A stretch of DNA of 30,617 nucleotides, taken from positions 1 to 30,617 of the forward strand of contig CBDURU010000031.1 in NCBI GenBank assembly GCA_965369865.1, in the 5' to 3' direction. The notes under the pieces were generated by a model. That model worked only from the letters and a program-made list of their open reading frames with translations. It did no database searches and was not told the DNA's origin. Both the position numbers and the translations under genes were made by a program. Shown piece after piece: positions 1 through 9,324 of the stretch (within the stretch, counting starts at the first letter, position 1; each line of letters begins with the position of its first letter). The DNA comes from an uncultured bacterium. Lineage in GTDB: Bacteria; JAJVIF01; JAPKYR01.

Positions 1-136
1 GCACTGCCGTGCTGTTCTACGGAGATTTGTGGTTAATGTGGTTTTTCTGTAGACGCACTGCCGTGCTGTTCTACGGAGATTTGTGGTTAATGTGGTTTTT
101 CTGTAGACGTACTGCCGTGCTGTTCTACGGTGATTT
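1..136. repeat. Tandem 54-bp repeat (~2.5 copies, cut by window edge) carrying GTAG-type REP-like palindrome, family A (GTAGACGCACTGCCGTGCTGTTCTAC)
   Basis: Units 1-54 and 55-108 are identical, plus a partial unit at 109-136. The core has outer GTAGA/TCTAC arms and an inner GCAC-TGCC-GTGC hairpin, and recurs at 28693 and 30532-30606. Confidence 0.9.
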
Positions 137-252
137 CATTTCTTACTTTAATAATAATCATCCGGAAACCTGTAAATCAATCCGCGGTGGCCAAAAATGG
201 TTAACACCTGGTATACAATGCAACTGATGGGTTCTATTCAACTCATAAATTA

Positions 253-1200
253 GTGGGTGACAAGAAAACTATGGCACAATCGAAAGACAAAAGGAAAGAT
301 CCAAATCAACCGATAGGACCGGCCCCCGGAGAAAGGCCGATAGGTACTTCAAGTTCATCATCATTATTTTCCCAAACCGGTCCTGTCCGGATGGATTCAA
401 GCAAAAAAGAAACATTGGCGCTTGGAAATATTGGGGGCACTGAATATAAGTCATCCGCGCCCGCATACGAATCTCCAGCACCTGTCGTAGATGCTGTGCC
501 GGAGATGCCTCTTCCTCCGCTAACACTTGAACCGGCACCCGAAACCATGATTCCATCGATTCCCGGGCGTGAGAAGACTCTGAATGCCCGGGTACCGAGT
601 TCGCCGACCAGTTGGAGTTCTTTAAAAACACAACCTGATATCCAAACCTCCGCCTTCGTACATCCAGGGGCCGTAATAATGGGCAATGTCATTCTGAAGG
701 AAAGGGTTACCGTTGCCCCGGGAGCGGTTGTGCGAGCTGATAATGACGAGCCGATTTATATTGGCTCGGAATCCAATATTCAGGAAGGTGCGGTTTTAAA
801 GGACCTTCCCACGAAAATAGACAGGGTGTCCATTTCACAGCGGGTTGTCGAAGTGAATGCGGAGAAATTTTCATTATATGTTAACAACCGCGTTTCTATT
901 GCAGCCCAGGCCCAGGTTCACGGTCCTGCTTACATAGGTGAAAGGGTTTATATCGGAATGCAGTCGCTGGTTTTCTGGGCGAGGATAGAAAATGATGTGG
1001 TGATAGAACCGGGATGCCTCGTGATGAATGTCACCGTTCCGTCGGGAGTATTCATACCTGCCGGTCTGAAGGTAACCAACCAGGCGATGGTGCGGGACCT
1101 TCCACCCCTCACATCCAAGTACCGATTTCATGGTATTTGTGAAGAAACGGTCAAGGCCAATCTGGAAATGCTGGACGGTTACAGGTCGGTTTATCATTAA
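253..1200 (+). CDS. Gamma-carbonic anhydrase-like (Cam/CcmM N-domain type) left-handed beta-helix protein with a long Pro/Ser-rich N-terminal extension; probably non-catalytic
   Basis: Hexapeptide repeats (AFVHPGAVIMGNV, VTVAPGAVVRAD, IYIGSESNIQEGAVL, QAQVHGPAYIG). Start may be ATG 271, which has GGTGA upstream. Confidence 0.8.
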   Translation: MGDKKTMAQSKDKRKDPNQPIGPAPGERPIGTSSSSSLFSQTGPVRMDSSKKETLALGNIGGTEYKSSAPAYESPAPVVDAVPEMPLPPLTLEPAPETMIPSIPGREKTLNARVPSSPTSWSSLKTQPDIQTSAFVHPGAVIMGNVILKERVTVAPGAVVRADNDEPIYIGSESNIQEGAVLKDLPTKIDRVSISQRVVEVNAEKFSLYVNNRVSIAAQAQVHGPAYIGERVYIGMQSLVFWARIENDVVIEPGCLVMNVTVPSGVFIPAGLKVTNQAMVRDLPPLTSKYRFHGICEETVKANLEMLDGYRSVYH

Positions 1201-1242
1201 TATTTTTAGCAAGTATTAATGGTGGCACGGCTTGATTTGTTG

Positions 1243-1251
1243 TGTTATAAT
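1243..1251 (+). promoter_or_regulatory. Extended -10 promoter element (TGtTATAAT) upstream of the HtrA cluster
   Basis: TG-N-TATAAT match in the intergenic region, ~65 nt before ATG 1318. Confidence 0.5.
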
Positions 1252-1317
1252 CTCGATTTCCATGGGGATTTATGTTCCCATGCAGTATGTGTATGTTGTT
1301 TTTTTTGAATTAACATT

Positions 1318-2574
1318 ATGAGGTCACACTTCATGCGACTATTTCCTGTTCTTTCAACATTAAGTTTTGTTGCTGTGCTTCTGGTATTGGGTGCCATACC
1401 TGCAACAGCTACCCAGGGAAACAGACTGGGCTATGATCTCGAGTTTTCCGAGTTCCTCCAGATCCAGGGCGCCAATATACAGCCCAGCGTTGTTTTCATC
1501 GAAACCCGTTTCACAAGGATTGTCCATGATCCGGCTGGTGTTGAACGTGAGATCATCGTTGAAGGTGATATGGCGTCGGGGTTCTTCTACAACAGGGATG
1601 GAATAGTAGTCACCGAATACACGATCATCCAGCACGCACCTTCGACATACTTTGCCCGGACTTCCGGGCGTCCCGCAAGTGAGGCGGATTACATTCTTGT
1701 CAGGTTACTGAACGGGCAGCAGTACGAGGCGGAGATTGTCGGGCTTGACCCCCCGACATCACTCGCTGTACTCAGGTGCATAAATATTTCACCGGAATAC
1801 TCGATTCCCATTCCCATCGGTGACTCGAACGATGTAATTGTCGGGGAACCTATACTCTTAGTTGCCTACAACTTTCTCAGCAGACGCCGCATTAGTTACG
1901 ACTTTGGAATTATCAGTGCCTTAAGGCCGAAATTCGCATCGATCGATGAAAGCACCAACCAGTATTTCCAGGTCAATGTTCCCAAGAACCCGGGTAACCA
2001 GGGCGGCGTGATCGTTAACACTGAAGGCGGTGTTATTGCTGTAATGACAAATATCGCGCCATACAGCGATACCACCGAAGTCCATTTCGGCCTTCCGATT
2101 GAAACCGTAGTGGAGGTTGTTGACGCGATCCTGGATGACGGTTCAATGCACCGCCCATGGTTCGGTTACCGTCTGCTTGAAATGAATCCCCAGATCGAGC
2201 GCGCTTACGAGATCATCCATGATATGTCGGGCGATGGATTAGTTACCGACATCGACAGGGATCTTTTCGAAGCGGAAAACGGAATCGACCTGAGGGAATG
2301 CCTGTTCACGATCTTTGTATCTGAAGACTCCCCGGCTGAGGATGCCGGCATTCGTGAGGGTGATATATTGACCAAATTTAACGGGATGCCTGTTGGAACG
2401 ATGGATGACCTGTTAAATGAGATAGAGAAGTATCGAATCGGCGACAGGGTTACCCTCGAATGGATGCGCCGTGAATACACTGTCTGGGACCCGTATATCG
2501 CTGAAATTGAGATAGAGTACAGCGGCCAGCGTGATGAAGACGAAGAAGAGTATCTGTTCGAAATTTCAGAATAA
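1318..2574 (+). CDS. HtrA/DegP-family trypsin-like + PDZ protein, catalytically dead (pseudoprotease 1)
   Basis: Signal peptide, ASGFFY..DGIVVT, GDS..V.VGE and PDZ (RPWFGY, DSPAEDAGIREGDIL). The triad positions read TEYT, PTSLAVL and NPGNQGG. Confidence 0.85.
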   Translation: MRSHFMRLFPVLSTLSFVAVLLVLGAIPATATQGNRLGYDLEFSEFLQIQGANIQPSVVFIETRFTRIVHDPAGVEREIIVEGDMASGFFYNRDGIVVTEYTIIQHAPSTYFARTSGRPASEADYILVRLLNGQQYEAEIVGLDPPTSLAVLRCINISPEYSIPIPIGDSNDVIVGEPILLVAYNFLSRRRISYDFGIISALRPKFASIDESTNQYFQVNVPKNPGNQGGVIVNTEGGVIAVMTNIAPYSDTTEVHFGLPIETVVEVVDAILDDGSMHRPWFGYRLLEMNPQIERAYEIIHDMSGDGLVTDIDRDLFEAENGIDLRECLFTIFVSEDSPAEDAGIREGDILTKFNGMPVGTMDDLLNEIEKYRIGDRVTLEWMRREYTVWDPYIAEIEIEYSGQRDEDEEEYLFEISE

Positions 2575-2675
2575 TTGAACCTGTCCGGCCCTGTATATGT
2601 CGAAAATTACACAGGCTTAAGATATTATGAATTATCCGTTTCAGCTTATATGATAATTCACCGGAGGCAAGAACC

Positions 2676-3950
2676 TTGAACCATTTCTTTCGAACACCAA
2701 CAAAAATCGCCGCTTTGCTGATAATAAGCGCATTTATTATCATAACGAGCGCCTCGATTCCGGCAGTAGCGGATGAACGGATACCTTTGATGGACCTCGA
2801 AAGGGGTGGAGCACACTTCTTTGAAGAGGTTGTTCCATCTATAATTCAGGTCCACGTGGGTGGAGCCGGCTCCGGATATGTAATTGACCGTGAAGGCCAT
2901 GCAATTACAAACTGGCACGTTGCCGGTGGTACTCCTGTTGCCGAGATTTCCTTTTACCACAGCGAACAGAGTCTTCGTTCTCATGAGGCTTCGCGATATC
3001 GTGCAGTAGTGATCGCAACGGATCCCGCACTGGATCTAGCGATACTGAAAATTGATGCGCCTCCGGAGGTATTTCATCCTGTACGGCTCGGTGACTCATC
3101 ACTAATGAAACCAGGTGATACCGTTGCTACGTTCGGTTCACCCGGCGGTGACGCGGGAATTGTCGACTGGAGCCTTAGAACAGCATTTCATGATTCATGG
3201 CTCGAGTTTTTTAACCTCAACCTGGGTGTTATTGCCGAGGTTATGAATTTTGAAGAATCTTTCATGTTTTTCAACAAAAGGGCTGATAGAGATAGAGCAG
3301 GTGTCAGGGATTATGGTTCCGCCGCCGAGTACATCTTCCATATCGATAGTGCCATTAACCGTGGAAACTCCGGTGGTCCCGCTCTGAATGTTTACGGTGA
3401 AGCGATCGGCACCAACACATGGGGATTCGACTGGTTGGAAAACATGGGTTTCAGTGTTCCTACAAACCTGCTCAAGAGAAGTGTTCAGGATATTATCGAA
3501 TACGGCAGGGTGCGCCGTCCCTGGTGTGGAATTGCCCTTCATCCTGCAAGAGCGCCAAGGAGTGAAAGTAACCGTTATCTCGGCCAAACACTTGGCATAT
3601 TGCCGAACGCCGGAGTATTATGGTTTGATTCTGTTCCCGATCGGTTGGAGATTCACACCGTTAATCCTTACTCACCCGCATATGAGGCAGGCTTGAGAGA
3701 AGGAGATATTATCAAACGTATCGACGGCCAGGTTTACGAGAATCTCTTTGATGTTTATTCTTATTTTCTCGCGAAAGAGCTGGACGATGAGGTAGTGATC
3801 GAATACGAGCGTGACGGCCATGGAATGCCTCCTGCGATTGTCGTGCTTGAAGAGAAAAAAACAAGGTACTTTGGCAGGGAAATTACAGCTTACGCCTTTG
3901 GTTCGTGGCATTATGAATGGACCCAGTACTCGGCCGACCTGACTTATTGA
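2676..3950 (+). CDS. HtrA/DegP-family serine protease with PDZ domain, catalytic triad intact
   Basis: GGAGG RBS and TTG start; signal peptide; GSGYVI..TNWHV, DPALDLAILK, AINRGNSGGP; PDZ (RPWCGI, SPAYEAGLREGDII). Confidence 0.92.
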   Translation: MNHFFRTPTKIAALLIISAFIIITSASIPAVADERIPLMDLERGGAHFFEEVVPSIIQVHVGGAGSGYVIDREGHAITNWHVAGGTPVAEISFYHSEQSLRSHEASRYRAVVIATDPALDLAILKIDAPPEVFHPVRLGDSSLMKPGDTVATFGSPGGDAGIVDWSLRTAFHDSWLEFFNLNLGVIAEVMNFEESFMFFNKRADRDRAGVRDYGSAAEYIFHIDSAINRGNSGGPALNVYGEAIGTNTWGFDWLENMGFSVPTNLLKRSVQDIIEYGRVRRPWCGIALHPARAPRSESNRYLGQTLGILPNAGVLWFDSVPDRLEIHTVNPYSPAYEAGLREGDIIKRIDGQVYENLFDVYSYFLAKELDDEVVIEYERDGHGMPPAIVVLEEKKTRYFGREITAYAFGSWHYEWTQYSADLTY

Positions 3951-4005
3951 CGATTTCCCGTAGCAGCCCATTTTGCCGATGGGACTTGGAGGATCTTAAG
4001 ATATC

Positions 4006-5142
4006 ATGCGAAAAATTACTTATATTGTTTCAATAATCCTGATCATGTTTATAGCAGGGCATCAAACCCTTGCCCAGGATACATCGAGTACCCTGGACCG
4101 GGAGGATTTCCCACCCGTTCAGGTCGCGGAGACTGCATCCGGTTGCCTGGTCACGGTTGAAAGTGTCGGCCTTCCATACGCGGGCTTTTCTGTTCTTAAT
4201 CCATTTCAGAGAACGATCTCAGAAATTGGCGGGACTGGTTTTATCATCAGGTCGGACGGGTATATTATCGCGTCCCCGAGGGTTGTAAGGGACTCTGAGA
4301 TTCTGACTGTCATTCATGATGGTATTGAATATGATGCTACTGTAGAGTTGATTGATGAGTATTACGATTTGGCACTCCTTAGAATCGATGCTACCGGTTT
4401 ACCGACACCGATCCTGGGTAACAGCGATCTTGTCCTGAGGGGTGATCCAATCATAGTAATGGGTGCTCCGGCAGGTCTCGAGCGCACTATGACATACGGG
4501 TTTATTACGAATATTCGCGATTTCCGTATTTCCGGCCCACGGGGTTATGACGGTATGCTGGTTCTGGACGGGTTTGTCGTAGACGCCGCTACGCATACCG
4601 GGATGGAAACCGGACCTGTATTCAACAGTAACGGGGAATTAGTTGCTGTTGTCAGCCGCAAGGGCGTTGGACGGGGTCGTCCAATTGAGAATATCAGCTA
4701 CTGTATTCCGGTGAATCTCCTTGCTCATTTGAGCGGCCAGATGATCGATGTTGGGAAAGTCTGCCATCCCTGGCTTGGTATTTTCCCGTACATTTATTAC
4801 ACCAGGTCCCTGGCTCTGTACATGGGGATCCCAATTAACGAGATCGATCCTGAGACAGCGGAAGCATACGATGTGGTTGGCATTCTTGTTGAAATGGTTG
4901 CCGATACCAGTCCCGCTGCCGAAGCCGGCATTGTTCGTGGCGATCTCATTCTTAGAGCCGATGACGTGCTCCTGAGAACTATTAAGGACCTTGAGGAAAT
5001 CATTTTGAACAAACAATGCGACGAAACCCTTACCCTTACTATTATTCGTAATTTCGATATAAAGTATATTGACATCAATATTGGTAACAAGCAGGAAGAT
5101 TATGGCAACATTTATTTCGCCTATGGCAGGGTTTCAATTTGA
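4006..5142 (+). CDS. HtrA/DegP-family trypsin-like + PDZ protein, catalytically dead (pseudoprotease 2)
   Basis: Signal peptide; GTGFIIRSDGYIIASPRVV (His replaced by Arg); DLALLR; DAATHTGMETGP (Ser replaced by Glu); PDZ (HPWLGI, SPAAEAGIVRGDLI). Confidence 0.85.
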   Translation: MRKITYIVSIILIMFIAGHQTLAQDTSSTLDREDFPPVQVAETASGCLVTVESVGLPYAGFSVLNPFQRTISEIGGTGFIIRSDGYIIASPRVVRDSEILTVIHDGIEYDATVELIDEYYDLALLRIDATGLPTPILGNSDLVLRGDPIIVMGAPAGLERTMTYGFITNIRDFRISGPRGYDGMLVLDGFVVDAATHTGMETGPVFNSNGELVAVVSRKGVGRGRPIENISYCIPVNLLAHLSGQMIDVGKVCHPWLGIFPYIYYTRSLALYMGIPINEIDPETAEAYDVVGILVEMVADTSPAAEAGIVRGDLILRADDVLLRTIKDLEEIILNKQCDETLTLTIIRNFDIKYIDINIGNKQEDYGNIYFAYGRVSI

Positions 5143-5171
5143 TTTTCCGATGTGAGGTTTACGAAATCATC

Positions 5172-5204
5172 CGGGCTTCCGATAAGGGAGTCCGTTCTTT
5201 ATTT
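5172..5204 (+). terminator. Probable intrinsic terminator after the HtrA cluster
   Basis: Stem CGGGCTTCC/GGGAGTCCG (with G-U pairs), GATAA loop, followed by TTCTTTATTT. Confidence 0.55.
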
Positions 5205-5285
5205 GGCCTGTTGGAAAGTAAGTATTAAATCCATATTCTTTGTAACCAATTAACCCTTAATACATGATATAATACCCGCTTTGTA

Positions 5286-6836
5286 TTGGCTTTTGATGGT
5301 GGAAAAGGGCATAAAATGATCTTTCTAGCAATACTGGATGGGTACGGCCTTGCTGATGGTACCGAGCATAATGCAATTCATGCAGCGAGTACTCCTTTCT
5401 TAGACCGGGTTTGGTCGGAATTTCCGAGCCGGCGGTTATTTGCCCATGGTGAGTATGTCGGGCTCCCGGTGGGCCAGATGGGAAACAGCGAAGTCGGGCA
5501 TCTGAATATCGGTGGTGGGAGGAGTATCCGTCCCGACCTGGTTGTTATAAATGAGGAGATTGAGAGCGGTCAATTTTTCAGGAATAAGGCCCTGCTGGAG
5601 CTTATCACGAAAGTAAAATCCCGGAATGGCCGTCTCCACCTGATGGGGTTGTTATCGGACGGAGGAATTCATTCTCATATCAGGCACCTTGAAGCACTTC
5701 TCAAGCTGATCGATGAGAACGGTCCTGTGCAGACATTTCTGCACGCGTATCTCGACGGACGGGACACCGAACCGAAGGTCGCCGACAGGTATGTTAAGGA
5801 AGCCCAGGCAATGCTGGATTCCCACCCCGATATGCATTTTGCTACTGTCGGAGGGCGATCCTGGGGTATGGACCGGGATAATAACTGGCCCAGGATTGAG
5901 AAACATTATAATACGATCATTGGACGGAAGCCTGATCTCCATGCTTCCAGTGCGATGGCTGCGGTTGATGGTGCTTTCGAGCGTGGAGAATCGGACGAAT
6001 TTGTTTATCCAACGGTTATTGAGGCTCAAAATGGTATTAACCAATATATAAATGATGGTGATGGGGTTATCCATTTTAATTTCAGGGCCGATCGTGGGAT
6101 TCAGATGACCAGGGTGTTGACCGATGAGGATTTTTCTGAATTCGATGTCACCCACCGTCCGGTTATCGATATGGTCACGTTTACAATGTATGATGAGTAC
6201 CTGAATGTGAATATTGCATTCGAGGGGGAAATACTTCAGGAAACATTGACTGAAATTGTTACAAGTGCTGGAAAAACAGTTTTGAAAATAGCCGAGACCG
6301 AGAAATGGGCACATGTGACCAGGTTTTTTAACGGGGGAGTGATGGAACCGTTCGATGGCGAAGACCGGATTCTCGTGCAGTCGCCGCTGGATGTCCGTCC
6401 GCACTATAATAAGAAACCCGAGATGAGCGCGTACGAAATTACCGACCGTGTTCTGGAATGTATCGGTAAGTACGACCTGATAGTTTTAAATTTTGCCAAC
6501 GCGGATATGGTTGGTCATACCGGGATTTTTAATGCGGCTGTTAAGGCAGTCGAGACCATTGATAAATGCATTGAGAGAATTTACAAAGCCATTCGGAATT
6601 ATGACGGCACTATGATTATTATTTCAGACCATGGTAATGCCGATGTTATGGTGGATGAGAATGGCGAGCCGCATACTAAACACACGACGAATCCGGTACC
6701 GTTTAATATTCTGGATGAACACAGGACGCTCAGGGAGGATGAGGGATCGCTCAAGGATATTGCCCCCACGATCCTTCACCTGATGGGTTTGGCAAAACCG
6801 GATGTAATGACTGGGATTAACCTGGTTATTGCATGA
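5286..6836 (+). CDS. gpmI: 2,3-bisphosphoglycerate-independent phosphoglycerate mutase
   Basis: ILDGYG, GQMGNSEVGHLNIG, DGRDT, MDRD, FNFRADR, AETEK.AHVT, NFANADMVGHTG, DHGNAD, HTTNPVP. Alternative start ATG 5316; TGATATAAT at 5265-5273. Confidence 0.97.
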   Translation: MAFDGGKGHKMIFLAILDGYGLADGTEHNAIHAASTPFLDRVWSEFPSRRLFAHGEYVGLPVGQMGNSEVGHLNIGGGRSIRPDLVVINEEIESGQFFRNKALLELITKVKSRNGRLHLMGLLSDGGIHSHIRHLEALLKLIDENGPVQTFLHAYLDGRDTEPKVADRYVKEAQAMLDSHPDMHFATVGGRSWGMDRDNNWPRIEKHYNTIIGRKPDLHASSAMAAVDGAFERGESDEFVYPTVIEAQNGINQYINDGDGVIHFNFRADRGIQMTRVLTDEDFSEFDVTHRPVIDMVTFTMYDEYLNVNIAFEGEILQETLTEIVTSAGKTVLKIAETEKWAHVTRFFNGGVMEPFDGEDRILVQSPLDVRPHYNKKPEMSAYEITDRVLECIGKYDLIVLNFANADMVGHTGIFNAAVKAVETIDKCIERIYKAIRNYDGTMIIISDHGNADVMVDENGEPHTKHTTNPVPFNILDEHRTLREDEGSLKDIAPTILHLMGLAKPDVMTGINLVIA

Positions 6837-6899
6837 AATAAATGATGTAAATCAAACAAATATTTTATATATTTTGTCTAATACAACCGGAGAAATTTT

Positions 6900-8054
6900 A
6901 TGGATTTTTCTTATTCTGAAGAAGAACTTGAAGTTATTGAATTAGTGAAACAGGTCGCTGATGAACGGTTAGCGCCGAGATCGAGAGAGATTGATGAGTC
7001 CGGCATTTTTTCAGGGGAGAATTTCCAGTTACTGGGAGAGCTGGGGATCCTTGGAGTGTTATTCCCGGAAGAATTTGGGGGAACCGATCTGGGATTCCTT
7101 ACTTATGCCATGTGTGTTGAGGAAGTTTCCAGGGGTGATTTTAATACGGGTTTGACGATATCGGTTCACTCCATGGCCGCAAGTTCCATTTTGAAATTTG
7201 GGACTGAAGCCCAGAAGCAAAAATACCTTCCTGGTGCGGTCTCCGGCGAATTCCTTCTGTCATTTGCTTTATCTGAGCCTGACTTCGGTTCCGATTCAGC
7301 CAGCATTAAATGCCATGCCGAGAAAGTGGATGGTGGTTATTTATTTAATGGGAGCAAGGCATGGGTCACAAATGCCCCCGATGCGGACCATATAGTGGTT
7401 TGGGCGACCATCGATCCCAGTCTTACAAAAATGGGAATTACTTCTTTTATTTTAGAGAAGGGCATAAAAGGGATGGAGATCGGGAAGAGTGAATTAAAGA
7501 TGGGTGGTAGAGGAACTTCTTCATGCGGGATAACGTTTACTGATTGCTTCGTGCCGCTTGAGAACAGGCTTGGTGAGGAGGGGAAGGGTCTCAGGACCGC
7601 GCTTAACAGCCTCTCCGGGGGACGAATCAGTGTTGCCGCAAACGCTACCGGTGTTTCCCAGAGGGCTATAGATGAATCGATAGCTTACTCCAAGAAACGA
7701 ATTCAGTTCGAGGTCCCGATCTGCGAATTCCAGGGAATTCAGTGGAAACTCGCGGACATGGATACAAAATGTGAAGCCGGCAGGTTGCTCTACAGAAAAG
7801 CTGCCTACCTTAAAGACCAGGCGAATAGTGATATGTCGAAGGATCCAATCAAGGAAGCAAGCCAGGCGAAGTGTTTCGCGACCGATGCCGGTCTCTGGAT
7901 TTGCAGCGAGGCGGTTCAGATACATGGCGGATATGGATATTCCCGTGAATACCCGGTCGAGAGCCTTATGAGATACATCAAGGCCACTCAGATTTTCGAG
8001 GGTACTAATGAAATTCAGAGAAACCTGATCGCGCGTGAACTGCTTAAAGATTGA
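6900..8054 (+). CDS. Acyl-CoA dehydrogenase (short/branched-chain type)
   Basis: FALSEPDFGSD, NGSKAWVTN, KMGGRG, RIQF, QIHGGYGY, QIFEGTNEIQR motifs. Confidence 0.95.
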   Translation: MDFSYSEEELEVIELVKQVADERLAPRSREIDESGIFSGENFQLLGELGILGVLFPEEFGGTDLGFLTYAMCVEEVSRGDFNTGLTISVHSMAASSILKFGTEAQKQKYLPGAVSGEFLLSFALSEPDFGSDSASIKCHAEKVDGGYLFNGSKAWVTNAPDADHIVVWATIDPSLTKMGITSFILEKGIKGMEIGKSELKMGGRGTSSCGITFTDCFVPLENRLGEEGKGLRTALNSLSGGRISVAANATGVSQRAIDESIAYSKKRIQFEVPICEFQGIQWKLADMDTKCEAGRLLYRKAAYLKDQANSDMSKDPIKEASQAKCFATDAGLWICSEAVQIHGGYGYSREYPVESLMRYIKATQIFEGTNEIQRNLIARELLKD

Positions 8055-8116
8055 TGCCAGGAACCAAAGCGTTGAAAAGCTTTAATATAAAAAAAATAGG
8101 AAATGGTGAATCAGTT

Positions 8117-9283
8117 ATGTCGGGGCTTAATAAAATTTTAATCGTGACTGTATGCCTGGTGCTGACCGCGATGCCGGTATCCGGTCAGAATTTCCTCGAT
8201 AACATCGAACGCGGTAAGAACCTTTTTGTTACACATGCCGATATCGACCCTGTCACAGGGGACGTATTGATCATATCCAATTCGTGGCAGAACACACGGT
8301 ATTCACTCAGGCGGTTCCATCCCGACGGTGAAGCGGTGTCGGATTTCGTACTCCAGAGGTTTGAGGCCTGCTGCGCGATCAACCCGGTTCTCGTTGCAGT
8401 TGCAGATGATGGGTCAATTTATACGGTCGAATATACCGGCCAGCTTGGCGGGTTTTTCATTTATAAACACGCGCCATCCGGGGAACTGGATATTGACTGG
8501 GGTGCCAGGGAGGGGATAGTTGAAGAAATTGATACCGGGGAGCCCTCGGATTACGCAGGCGGAGTTCTGGACGAGGATGATGAAGATGAAACTGGCGGTG
8601 GTTATGAAGCCGGAGAGACCAGGTTAACGGGAAACGCAGGAGGCGGCAGGTTCCACCATTATTTCACCGATCCTGTAGATATTATCCCCAGGGAGGATGG
8701 CTCGCTTCTCGTACTGGACAGGTCGGACAGGTATATCGATCTGATATCGCCTGACGGAAGCAGGATTTCCGAATTTATTGGCAGCCAGGGATATATCCCG
8801 GAACGACCGCAGCGACTGCTGATGGATTCCGGGGGTTACCTGTACCTTGTGGACTACTACGATGATTTCGATCTGAATCGTGGCGGGAAGACCGGTGTTT
8901 TTCGTTTCGATCCCGAGGGTAACTGGGAATTCGGCTGGGGTGAACAGGCGAGTGGTATCAATGATCCCTGGCGTCCGCAGGTAGACTTCATGACCCTGGT
9001 TATTGATGGAAACGACAACCTGATTGTCCTGGGCAGCGGTTTGAGCAATATTAATCATGGTGAAGTATATGTATTCGATAATGAATCCGGCGGGGAGATA
9101 ATTCGCGGAAGGGTCGATTTTCGCCAGGGTTATGACAGCGAATTTTTGGGGATGGTTGGGAATCCGGAATCGGGTTTTCTTGTCCTGGACGCCTTTGCTT
9201 TCGATATCAAGCTGAATTTCTACGCATTGAACGGAAGCCTCGAAGAGCAGGTTAGAATCGACGATTTATATTACCTGGAGTGA
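8117..9283 (+). CDS. Secreted NHL/beta-propeller-like protein with an acidic insertion
   Basis: Signal peptide after ATG 8117 (the ORF is open from 8051). Repeated motifs: VAVADDGSIY, PVDII..DGSLLVLD, PQRLLMDSGGYLYLVD, RFDPEGNW..GWG. Confidence 0.6.
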   Translation: MSGLNKILIVTVCLVLTAMPVSGQNFLDNIERGKNLFVTHADIDPVTGDVLIISNSWQNTRYSLRRFHPDGEAVSDFVLQRFEACCAINPVLVAVADDGSIYTVEYTGQLGGFFIYKHAPSGELDIDWGAREGIVEEIDTGEPSDYAGGVLDEDDEDETGGGYEAGETRLTGNAGGGRFHHYFTDPVDIIPREDGSLLVLDRSDRYIDLISPDGSRISEFIGSQGYIPERPQRLLMDSGGYLYLVDYYDDFDLNRGGKTGVFRFDPEGNWEFGWGEQASGINDPWRPQVDFMTLVIDGNDNLIVLGSGLSNINHGEVYVFDNESGGEIIRGRVDFRQGYDSEFLGMVGNPESGFLVLDAFAFDIKLNFYALNGSLEEQVRIDDLYYLE

Positions 9284-9324
9284 TTGCACTTTGATTTAAT
9301 CAATAATGGAGGCATAACCGATAC

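Noticed and set aside
1..136. Possible CRISPR array
   Set aside because: The 'spacers' are identical, no cas genes are visible, and the core recurs as dispersed singlet and inverted copies, which is typical of REP elements
9..227. 72-aa ORF with repeated peptide
   Set aside because: It is a by-product of the 54-bp (multiple of 3) tandem repeat
5652..6404. Long antisense ORFs (this one, 21630-22451, 13547-14059 and similar)
   Set aside because: They are shadows of well-supported genes on the opposite strand and have no motifs of their own
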